Assembly: GCA_963662275.1 (NCBI GenBank)
Contig: OY759316.1
Location: forward strand, 832,001 to 896,000
Origin: Candidatus Cloacimonadales bacterium
GTDB lineage: Bacteria; Cloacimonadota; Cloacimonadia; Cloacimonadales; DAONDQ01
Length of the DNA stretch: 64,000 nucleotides
Direction of reading: 5' to 3'
Notes under the pieces: model-generated
Seen by the model: the letters and a program-made list of their open reading frames with translations, nothing else
What the model was told of the DNA's origin: nothing
Databases searched by the model: none
Shown: positions 30,136 through 40,100 of the stretch, in pieces
Layout of the letters: each line of letters begins with the position of its first letter
Numbering within the stretch: the first letter of the stretch is position 1
Made by a program: the position numbers and the translations under genes

Positions 30136-30318
30136 AGATTAAAAGTAAGTCTAAGCCCTATCAGATAGAGAACGGCTGAAGCAGTTCATCCAATGACTGA
30201 AGTAATTGCTACAGTGTCGTCCTAAATGAGTCGTCCCTAAATACAAATATGTAATTTTCCTTGACCTGGAATTTTCATCTTTCCCAATTGATTAAATCTC
30301 TTTGAGTAATGAGGAATT

Positions 30319-31059
30319 ATGAAAGTTCTATCTATTGCCGGATTTAGTCAGACTGGCAAAACAACACTCTCTGTGAACCTAATCCAAGAATTGAGGAAAC
30401 GCGGATATTCAGTTTCTTCTATAAAAGATATTCATTTTGATGATTTTACGATGGAAACACCGGGTTCGAATACTTGGAAACACTGGGAAGCAAGTGATAA
30501 TACCGTATTTGCGCATAGTCATAAGGAAACTTACCAAATCTGGCATCATTCCCTTTCTCTCAAGGAAATGCTCTCACATCTTGATACTGATTGGGTTATC
30601 GTGGAAGGAATGAAAGAAGCTCCCCTACCTCGAATCATGTGTGCTGAATCTGAAGCGGATCTATGCAATCTTATTGACGGTACTGTTATGATAATATCGG
30701 GCAAAATTGCTGAACATGAGACGGTTTATAAGAATCTATCAGTTCTGCATAACACAAAGGATATTCAAAAAATTGCAGATATTGTCGAGCAAAAAGTATT
30801 TGATGTATTACCACTTTCCGATCCTGAATGCTGCACTATGTGCGGTATGAATTGCACGGAAATGGTTGCTGCCATAATCAAAGGAGAAAAGAAAAGAGAT
30901 GATTGTCAGACGGATAGAAACCAGGGAATTAAAGTTTGGATTGACGATAAGGAAATCGTCATGGTTCCTTTTATACAAAAAGTCCTGAAAAGCATGATAG
31001 AAGCATTCTTGAGTAATCTTAAAGGTTATCGGAAAGGGAAGATTAGGATAGATTTATGA
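30319..31059 (+). CDS. mobB: Molybdopterin-guanine dinucleotide biosynthesis protein MobB with C-terminal Fe-S-like Cys cluster
   Basis: GFSQTGKTT P-loop, IKDIH, VIVEG; CCTMCGMNC...DC. Confidence 0.82.
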   Translation: MKVLSIAGFSQTGKTTLSVNLIQELRKRGYSVSSIKDIHFDDFTMETPGSNTWKHWEASDNTVFAHSHKETYQIWHHSLSLKEMLSHLDTDWVIVEGMKEAPLPRIMCAESEADLCNLIDGTVMIISGKIAEHETVYKNLSVLHNTKDIQKIADIVEQKVFDVLPLSDPECCTMCGMNCTEMVAAIIKGEKKRDDCQTDRNQGIKVWIDDKEIVMVPFIQKVLKSMIEAFLSNLKGYRKGKIRIDL

Positions 31060-31667
31060 TATTACAGCCTATGTTTTCGCGTCATGATCCGAAAGTATTG
31101 GCAATTTGGCAAAAGAGTACAGTTGCCATAGCCGGAGCTGGTGGTCTTGGTTCCGTAGTTGCTATTTCATTGGCAAGAGCAGGAGTGGGTACGTTAGTTA
31201 TTGACGATTTTGATATCGTTGAACCATCTAATCTAAACCGTCAACAATATTACCAGGATCAGATTGGTATGCTGAAGGTTCATGCCTTGAAGCAGAATTT
31301 ACAACGTATCAATCCTGATGGAAATTACCTCATGCATACCTTGCGGATTACAGAAGAGAATATGGATTCCATTTTTGGAGCAGCGGATATTCTCATTGAA
31401 GCCTTTGATAGGGCAGATCAAAAGCAGATGCTGATCGAAGGCTGGCAGTCATTATATCCCTTGAAACCTATTATTGCAGCTTCCGGAGTAGCAGGATGGG
31501 GAAGAACAGAATTATTGCATATTCATCAAAGTGGAAACATATATATTTGTGGTGATGAAGTAACTGAATTAGAAGGGACTTACACACCTCTGGCACCGCG
31601 GGTCGGAATCGTTGCAAACATGCAGGCAAATCTGACACTTCAATTATTATTGGAGATTCATTCATGA
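31056..31667 (+). CDS. thiF: Sulfur carrier adenylyltransferase, ThiF/MoeB family
   Basis: GAGGLGS, DFDIVEPSNLNRQ, EAFD, APRVGIVANMQAN. Confidence 0.88.
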   Translation: MILQPMFSRHDPKVLAIWQKSTVAIAGAGGLGSVVAISLARAGVGTLVIDDFDIVEPSNLNRQQYYQDQIGMLKVHALKQNLQRINPDGNYLMHTLRITEENMDSIFGAADILIEAFDRADQKQMLIEGWQSLYPLKPIIAASGVAGWGRTELLHIHQSGNIYICGDEVTELEGTYTPLAPRVGIVANMQANLTLQLLLEIHS

Positions 31668-31867
31668 AGAAGATTATCGTCAATGGAAATGAAATAGTGT
31701 GGGAAGAAAACCTTACTGTTAGAGGTGTTCTGACTAAAATGAACTATACATTCAAGATGCTTGTGATAAAAATCAATGGAAATCTCGTACGCAAAGCTGA
31801 TTATGATACAACGGTCGTTCCCGATGGGGCAGTAGTGGATGTGATTCATCTCATCAGCGGAGGGTGA
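31664..31867 (+). CDS. thiS: Sulfur carrier protein, ThiS/MoaD family
   Basis: 67 aa ubiquitin-like protein ending SGG. Confidence 0.88.
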   Translation: MKKIIVNGNEIVWEENLTVRGVLTKMNYTFKMLVIKINGNLVRKADYDTTVVPDGAVVDVIHLISGG

Positions 31868-31869
31868 GG

Positions 31870-31980
31870 AGATTTAAGATTTAAGATTTAAGATTTAAGA
31901 TTTAAGATTTAAGATTTAAGATTTAAGATTGGAAGAAAATAGGATTTAGAACCTAGAACCTAGAACCTAATACCTAATAC
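31870..31980. repeat. Paired heptamer tandem repeats
   Basis: (AGATTTA)x8 plus a partial unit at 31870-31930; (TAGAACC)x3 then TAATACC-type x2 at 31947-31980. Confidence 0.95.
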
Positions 31981-31994
31981 AAGGAGTAAATACG

Positions 31995-32276
31995 ATGTTA
32001 AAAGCGAATGAATATTTTGATGGAAAGGTGAAATCCATTGCCTTTAAGAATGCAGAAGGAAATGCAACTGTAGGTGTAATGGATATTGGTGATTATGAAT
32101 TCGGTACATCCACAACTGAACATATGACAGTTATTTCAGGTGAATTGATTGTGAAACTACCTGGTGAGATAAACTGGAAAGCATACTGTAAAGGTGAAAC
32201 ATTCATGGTGGAAGCACATCAGAAATTCCAATTACAGGTCAAGGAGCAAACCGCTTACGTTTGCTTCTATCGCTAA
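31995..32276 (+). CDS. ppnP: Pyrimidine/purine nucleoside phosphorylase PpnP
   Basis: NEYFDGKVKSIAF..ATVGVM..GDYEFGT..E.MTVISG..YVCFY. Confidence 0.93.
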   Translation: MLKANEYFDGKVKSIAFKNAEGNATVGVMDIGDYEFGTSTTEHMTVISGELIVKLPGEINWKAYCKGETFMVEAHQKFQLQVKEQTAYVCFYR

Positions 32277-32907
32277 TCACACGAAAACCAGGATCGAGGT
32301 TGATCCGGTTGCTGGAATTATTCGAAAATACTCTCGCAATTCTACAGAATTTGTGGCAGAATTAAGTATTTATGAGCAAAAGCAAGAGATTACACCTCGG
32401 TTAATTTCTTCTACTCCAGATGGAGTATTGGAAATAGAGTATCTTGATGCTATTCAGATTGGAGAGATGAAGAATCCTGACTTTTCCCATATTGCCAAGT
32501 TATTGCATCAATTTCATCTTTTTAAAACTGATTCAGATAGAGTCATGTGTCATATTGATAACAATCCTCGGAATTATTTATATGATGCAAAGCAGGAAAG
32601 ATATTATCTGATTGATTTTGCGGATTCCAGGATGGACTATCGGGAATGGGATTTGACAGGTTTCCTCCTATTTTGGGCTGCTATGGTTCAAAGAGAGAGA
32701 TTTAAGAAGATAGCTTTTGATTTTCTGAATGGTTATCCCGCATTGAAATTGGTTGAAAAACAGCGTTTTGCAGATATTTTACTGGAGAACATATGTCTTT
32801 TTGATGAAAGAAGAAAGAGATTCAATAAATTGGAACCATATCCAAATCCTAGTTTTGTGGAAAACAGATCAATCATACTTGCAGTATTCAATGAGATTGT
32901 TGATTAG
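32194..32907 (+). CDS. APH/choline-kinase-like phosphotransferase
   Basis: CHIDNNPRNYL and LIDFAD kinase-like motifs; start codon uncertain (GTG overlapping ppnP). Confidence 0.7.
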   Translation: MKHSWWKHIRNSNYRSRSKPLTFASIANHTKTRIEVDPVAGIIRKYSRNSTEFVAELSIYEQKQEITPRLISSTPDGVLEIEYLDAIQIGEMKNPDFSHIAKLLHQFHLFKTDSDRVMCHIDNNPRNYLYDAKQERYYLIDFADSRMDYREWDLTGFLLFWAAMVQRERFKKIAFDFLNGYPALKLVEKQRFADILLENICLFDERRKRFNKLEPYPNPSFVENRSIILAVFNEIVD

Positions 32908-33029
32908 TATCATGAGTTGTAATGATAGACGATATTCTCATTAAATTGTGTTGACGATTGTTAGAAAATATGTAGCTTGTATATAAGTGAATTGTATTCT
33001 CATTACTTATCTTCAATAAGGAGTTTTAC

Positions 33030-33428
33030 ATGAAACTCGGATTAGTAAAAACTATCTTTTGGTTGCCCAGAATTCTTTGCCTTGTGTTTGCTACGTTTCT
33101 GATCATTTTTTCCTTTGATGTATTTGAGGTGTCGACGAATATTTGGAAAGTTCTAATGGGTTTATTGATTCACAATATCCCAACTTTCGTACTTTATACC
33201 ATGATTTATTTAACATGGAAACGGGAATGGATAGCATCTGTAGTTTTAGCTTTTTTGGGAATTGCTTATATCGTCTTTTTCTGGGGCAAATTCCCTCTAT
33301 ATACTTATTTTTTAATTGTGGGTCCATTATTATTACTTAGTATTCTCTATCTGATAAATTGGATCTACAGGAAAGATATTCGGTTACGACTTAAAGAATT
33401 AAAGAACTTGCCTGAAAAAGGGGAATAA
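33030..33428 (+). CDS. Four-TM hypothetical membrane protein
   Basis: WLPRIL..FSFDVF..LIHNIP; hydrophobic helices; AAGGAG SD. Confidence 0.8.
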   Translation: MKLGLVKTIFWLPRILCLVFATFLIIFSFDVFEVSTNIWKVLMGLLIHNIPTFVLYTMIYLTWKREWIASVVLAFLGIAYIVFFWGKFPLYTYFLIVGPLLLLSILYLINWIYRKDIRLRLKELKNLPEKGE

Positions 33429-33500
33429 GAACTCTTTGTTTAATTATAGTTCGAATTATTTGTTATTTTAAAAAAATGAATCAATAAAAAAGGAGGAAGG

Positions 33501-33914
33501 ATGAGAATTTTCATAATGATCCTGATCGTTGCAATCGTGCTGACGGCATGTACAGCAAACAAACCCAAAGGAGGAATGATCATGACAGCAACGGGTCTGC
33601 AATACGAAGTATTAACACAAGGTAATGGAGCTACAGCTAAGGCGGGTGATAATGTTTCCGTGCATTATACTGGCTGGCTGATGGATGGAAAGAAATTTGA
33701 CAGTTCTGTGGATAGAGGTCAGCCTTTTAGTTTTAATTTAGGCGCAGGACAAGTAATCAAAGGTTGGGACGATGGAGTTTCGGGGATGAAAGTGGGTGAG
33801 AAGAGAGTTCTCATTATTCCTCCTGAAATGGGATATGGCTCTCGCGGTGCAGGTGGTGTAATACCTCCCAATGCCACGTTAAAATTTGAAGTAGAATTAC
33901 TGAAGATAAACTAA
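33501..33914 (+). CDS. FKBP-type peptidyl-prolyl isomerase (lipoprotein)
   Basis: Lipobox [52 protein letters not shown]. Confidence 0.96.
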   Translation: MRIFIMILIVAIVLTACTANKPKGGMIMTATGLQYEVLTQGNGATAKAGDNVSVHYTGWLMDGKKFDSSVDRGQPFSFNLGAGQVIKGWDDGVSGMKVGEKRVLIIPPEMGYGSRGAGGVIPPNATLKFEVELLKIN

Positions 33915-33923
33915 CTAAATCTT

Positions 33924-33957
33924 TCTCACTCCTCTCTTTATCGAGAGAGGAGTGAGA
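33924..33957 (+). terminator. Stem-loop after the FKBP gene
   Basis: TCTCACTCCTCTCT / AGAGAGGAGTGAGA 14-bp stem, no U-tract. Confidence 0.6.
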
Positions 33958-34175
33958 CTATGGCTATCTCCGAACTAAATCAAGTGATTATCCCATTATT
34001 TTACAAATAAATCTATTGACAGTTGGAATGGAATATGCAAATTAATTCCTCTTGCTTTCGAGGGTCTGTGTACTTGTTTTTTGTATAGTTTTTTGCTATG
34101 CATGATACATGGTATTCTATGTAGTTTATACAAATTCAAAACATATGTGTTAATAAGTTCTGTAAGGAGATCTCC

Positions 34176-37100
34176 ATGAAAAAACTAGTTCTGTTTTTCT
34201 CAATTCTTGTCTTGATGACTTTATCATTGACTGCCGTCAATGTGCTACAGGTTGGCAGCAAGAATGATGTAAGGCTAATTTCAAGCAGTGCAACAAGTCT
34301 TTTATTACACTACGATGTAGATAAAGTAGAAAGTTTTGATATTTCAACAAAAAATGGTACTTTCTCTTCTCTTAGTATTGAGGACTATACCAGTACGAAT
34401 GAGCTTGGAACTCCTGCCTTGCCGTTGAATCGAAGATTGATATCTGTGCCTCTTGGAGCAACAGTAAGTTTAAAAATTTCTAATAGCACATCTCATGAAT
34501 ATAGTTTACAGACTGCTGGGGTTAAGTTTCCGATTATGCCTGCCCAGGCATCTGTTTCTAAGAGCTCTGATCCGGCAACCCTACCTTTTGCATATAAGTC
34601 AGCAGCATACATGTTAAATCAATATACTGATAAACCTCTTATCCATGTGGAAGAACTTGGGATTATGCGTGGAGTCAGATTATTTGCCATAGATTTTGAA
34701 CCGGTGCAGTATAATCCCACCACTAAAATGATTAAAGTCTGGAATAATGCTGATGTTCAAGTAACATTCAATGATGCAGATCTGTATGCTACCGAACAGC
34801 TTCGATTGAAAACTTATTCACCTGCTTTCGAAGGAGTTTATGCAAATTCCCTGATTAATTATGGTCCAGTGAATGATAGAGCTTCAAATCTTCGTTCTCC
34901 GATGGGTTATCTTATCATTTCAGCTCCTGCTCTTTCCTCTACGATGGCAAGTTTTGTTACCTGGAAAAAACAGCAGGGTTACAATGTGACATTAGTAACG
35001 ACTGCCACTACAGGGACAACTACAACTGCGATTAAAGCCTATATTCAAAATATTTGGACAAATGCAACTGTGGCGAATCCTGCTCCCAGTTTCTTGCTGT
35101 TAGTAGGTGATATAGCAGAAATTCCTTCATTCACATCTACTACTACATCCGGACACGTATCAGACTTGAGCTACGCTCGATTAAGCGGAACCGATTATGT
35201 ACCCGAAATGTATTATGGACGATTCTCAGCAAGTACAACTTCAGATCTTCAGAATATTATAGATAAAACACTCATGTTCGAAAAAACAACGATGCCTGAT
35301 AAGACTTATCTAGGCAAAGTAGATATGATTGCGGGTCAGGATGCAACATTTGGTCCAACACATGGTGATGGTCAGATCAATTACGGAACAATAAACTATT
35401 TTAATGCAGCTCATGGTATTACTTCCAGTACATATTTGTATGCTGTTTCAGGTACTTCTGATGCACAAATTATTGCGGATGTCAGTGCCGGTAGGGGTTA
35501 CGTAAATTATACTGCCCATGGTGATTGGGATCGCTGGTATGATCCTACTTTTACAATTGCGAATGTCGCTACTCTTACAAATACAAACAAACCCGCTGTG
35601 ATGGTCGGCAATTGCTGTCTTACAAATCATTTTGATGATACCGTTTGTTTTGGTGAAGCACTCACACGTGCTGCGAATAAAGGAGCAGTTGCCTATATCG
35701 GAGGAACGAATAGTACTCTTTGGGATGAAGATTATTGGTGGGGTGTTGGTGCTAAAAAAACAACCGCTCAGATTACTTCTGCAGGTGGGGTTGCTCCAGC
35801 TTGGGTGGCTAGTAAGATCGGAACCTATGATGCTATTTTCCATGAACACAGTGAAGCATCCACAGATTGGGCTACTTTCATGGGTGCTATGATCTATATG
35901 GGTAATCTGGCTGTTACTCAAGCTGCCAGTTCAAACACAAATTATTATTGGGAAATCTACTCTGTTATGGGTGATCCTTCCCTTTCTCCATATATGGGTG
36001 TTCCAGCAACTAATGCAGTGACAGCCCCCGGTACAGTTCTGATAGGAGCAACGAGTTTTACAGTGCAAGCTGCGGTTAATTCCTATGTTTGTTTGTCACA
36101 AGGTGGGACTATATATGGTGTTGGCACTATAGGTTCAGGTGGTTCATTGACAATGACGATTACACCCTTTACCACTGCCGGAACTGCTGATCTTGTCATT
36201 ACTTGCCAGAATAAAATAACATACATCAGTTCAATCACAATAGCTCCCTCATCAGGTGCGTATATGACAGTTGACAGCAATGTTTATGCTGATGGAGTGA
36301 ATAATGTTTTAGAATCAAATGAAACTGGGCATTTCAATACTACTTTCAAGAATATTGGAACAGCCACGGCAACTAACACTGTTGCAACATTAAGCACAAC
36401 TGCCAGTGGTATTACGATCACAGATAACTCGGAAACGATCGCATCTCTCGCTGCTGGTGCTTCAACGACTGTGAATAGTGCATATACTTTCAGTACTGCA
36501 AATAACATTGCTGACCAGACTTCCATTCCTTTCCACATTGCCATGGTGAGTGGAACAAGTACTTGGACATATGATGCTAATAGTATTATCAATGCACCGG
36601 TTCTTGCTTTTGGAACAATCACGATTAGTGATCCAACAGGTAATAATAACGGACGCATTGATCCAGGTGAAACGGTGACAGTGTCTATTCCTTTGAATAA
36701 TACTGGTCATGCTGCAACAGCAACTGGAACAGTAACCATGGCTAGTACTACTTCGGGTGTAACCGTAACGAACGGCACTTACAATGCAGCTTCAATTTCT
36801 GCCAGCGGAACTGCTACAGCTACTTTCACTATGACTGTAGCGAGCAATGTAGCTGTAGGTAGTGTTGTGACTTTGAATTTTAATGCCACAGCAGGTGCTT
36901 ACACGGCATCAAAAACAGAGACACCGGCTGTTGGAATCGTCTCTGAAACTTTTGAAACAGGTAATTTGCTTTCACAGTCATGGATCACGGTAGGTACTCC
37001 AGCTTGGGCTGTTGTTAATACAGGTGCTCATGGTGGTACGTATTGTGCAAAATCAGGAGCAATTACCAATAGCCAAACAATTGACCTGAAAGTAACGATG

Positions 37101-40100
37101 AATATCACAACTGCCGGGAATATCTCCTTCTATCAGATGGTTTCTTCTGAATCAGGATATGATTTTCTCAAATTCTACATAGATGCAACAGAAACAGGTT
37201 CCTGGTCAGGTACGACGGCAACTGCCTATACACAGGCTTCCTATCCTGTTACCGTCGGTTCCCATACGTTTAAATGGACATACTTGAAAGATGGTTCAAC
37301 GGCAACCGGAAGTGATTGTGCCTGGATTGATGACATTGTATTTCCTCCTACCTCGGGAAGTGTATATACTTTCGATCCACCCCGTACACCAGCCGCAGTA
37401 GCTAAGAATGGTGCCGTTACTTTAACCTGGACTGCTCCTGCTACAGGAACACCTGCAAGTTATAAAGTCTATCGTGGTGGAGTAGCAGTTGCTTCCAGTA
37501 TCACAGGTCTTACTTACACAAATACTGGTTTAACCAATGGTACCAGTTATAGTTTTTACGTAACAGCAGTATATACTTCTCCTGCATCCGGCGAATCTGC
37601 TGCAAGCAGTACAGTCAGTGCAATACCAATCGCAGCGATCCCTACCGGCTTGGCAGCCGTAGCAAAAAATGGGAAAGTTTCGTTAACCTGGGTTGCACCT
37701 ACAACTGAGACTCCAACAGGTTACAATGTTTATCGGAATAGCGTGAAGATCACTGCCACACCGATCACCGCATTAACATACAGCGATACAGGTCTCACGA
37801 ACGGCACATCATATTCCTATTATGTAACATCAGTATTTACGTCTCCCGCAGCAGAATCTGCTGCGAGCAGTACAGTCAGTGCAACCCCGATTGCTTCAAT
37901 ACCCACAAGCTTAGCTGCAGTAGCCAAAAATGGCACGGTTAATTTGACTTGGACTGCACCTACACTCGAAACGCCTAATGGTTATAATGTATATCGGAAT
38001 GGTACAAAGATTACCGCAACACCTATTACGACAACGACATACAGCAGTACAGGCTTAACGAATGGCACTTCTTATACATTCTATGTAACATCGGTTTATA
38101 CTACCCCCGCAGGTGAATCTGCTGCCAGCAGCACAGTAAGTGCAACCCCGATTGCAGCTATTCCAACAACTCTGACTGCAACGGCAGGAAATGCACTTGT
38201 CAATCTATCCTGGACAGCTCCAACTACCGAGACACCTAATGGTTATAACGTTTATAGGAATAGTACGAAAATTACAGCTACTCCTATCACAACGACAACT
38301 TATAGTGATACAGGTCTGACGAATGGCACATCATACACTTATTATGTGACATCCGTATTCACAACACCAGCAGGTGAATCTGCTTCAAGCAATACAGCAT
38401 CGGCTACACCAAACAGTTCATCTGTCGTTACAATAGGGACAGGAACTGCTTCGACAAGCAGATATCCACTTTCCAGTTACTGGGGTTATGAACGCCAGGC
38501 AAGTTTGTTCACTTCTACTGAAGTTGGCACGACTGGTAATATTCAAACTCTTTCCTGGTGGCCCACTGTAACAACAACTGCATCAATTCCAGTAAAAATT
38601 TATATGACAACACAAACGGGAACTACGATTGCTTCAGCAACATGGGCTACCCTGATCAGTGGCGCTACAACAGTCTATAATGGAACGATAGCAGGATTAA
38701 CTGCAGGTGCCTGGAAGACAATTGATATAACCGATTTTGCATATACAACCAATAATCTATTGATCATGGTTGAATGTAATTATGGGAGTAGTGGTTCTGG
38801 TTCATCGACGGGCGCAGCATTCAGATATACTGCTTCAGCCACTAATATGGTTGAATCTTGGGCAGCAGATGATACTGCTCCAACAACTACTGGAACTCTT
38901 TCAACTAATAGACCAAACATTCAGATGGCAATAGGTGCTATTTCGACCAATCCTATTTTTAGTGTTAGCCCTACTTCCTTAACTTTTTCCACTACTATGA
39001 TTAATACGACAACAGCGACACAAACACTTACTGTAACAAATACCGGTGGTGGAACATTAACCATTAGTTCATGTGCAAAAATAGGAACGGATGCTGCTAT
39101 GTTTTCTTTAACCGATACCAATACTTATTCAAAAGTGCTAACATCGGGTCAGAGTATGACAGTGACCGTTGCATTTGCTCCAACATCGGTAGGTGCAAAA
39201 ACAGCAGCTATTCGTTTCACTGATACTTTAACCAAGTCGACACATGACGTGGCTTTGACAGGTACAGGGTATAATCCGACTATCACATCATTCCCATTCA
39301 GCGAGAGCTTTGATGGAACAACCTTTGCTCCTGCTGACTGGACAAACCAGCGCTTGGTGGGAACATATTCACCGGGAACCTGGGATCGCCAGACTGCTGG
39401 CACGAATCCAACCTGCACTCCTCATAGTGGTTTAGGTATGGCTCGTTATAATTCTTACACGATAACGGCGAATACGCATGGAGTATTATCTACGCCACCC
39501 ATGAATATTACAACAAACAGTTTTCGAGTTACTTTCTGGATGTACAGAGATGTAAATACAACATATACAACTTCAAAATATAGTGATGAAGGAGTAAGTG
39601 TTTGGTATGGTACTTCACCTACAGATACAACATTATGCACAAAACTTGGCTTCGTTCCTCTAAACTCCACTTTTGCACCGACAGTCACAACAGCCGGATG
39701 GTATCAATATACTTATTCCTTTGGGACAGGTTCAGCAGGAAATGCCAAATATGTAATCTTTAAAGGTAAGAGCCAATATGGTGATAATATCTTTATGGAT
39801 GATGTTACCATCGATGCAGCCGTTGCAGCGCCTGTATTCAGCATGAGTCCTGCAAGCCTTGATTTCGGCACAGTAACCACAGGTCAGACAGCAACACGTA
39901 CATTTACAATCACGAATTCTGGTGGTGCAAGTATGACAGGAAACATTACTCCCCCAACTGGCTATTCTGTGGTTCAAACATCAAAAGTGACTAATAGCGT
40001 TCTTGATAAAACCCGCAGCACTCTTGCCTATACACTTGGAATCGGTGCAACAGGTACATTCACTGTTACTTTTACACCAACCCTAGGTCAAACTTATTCA

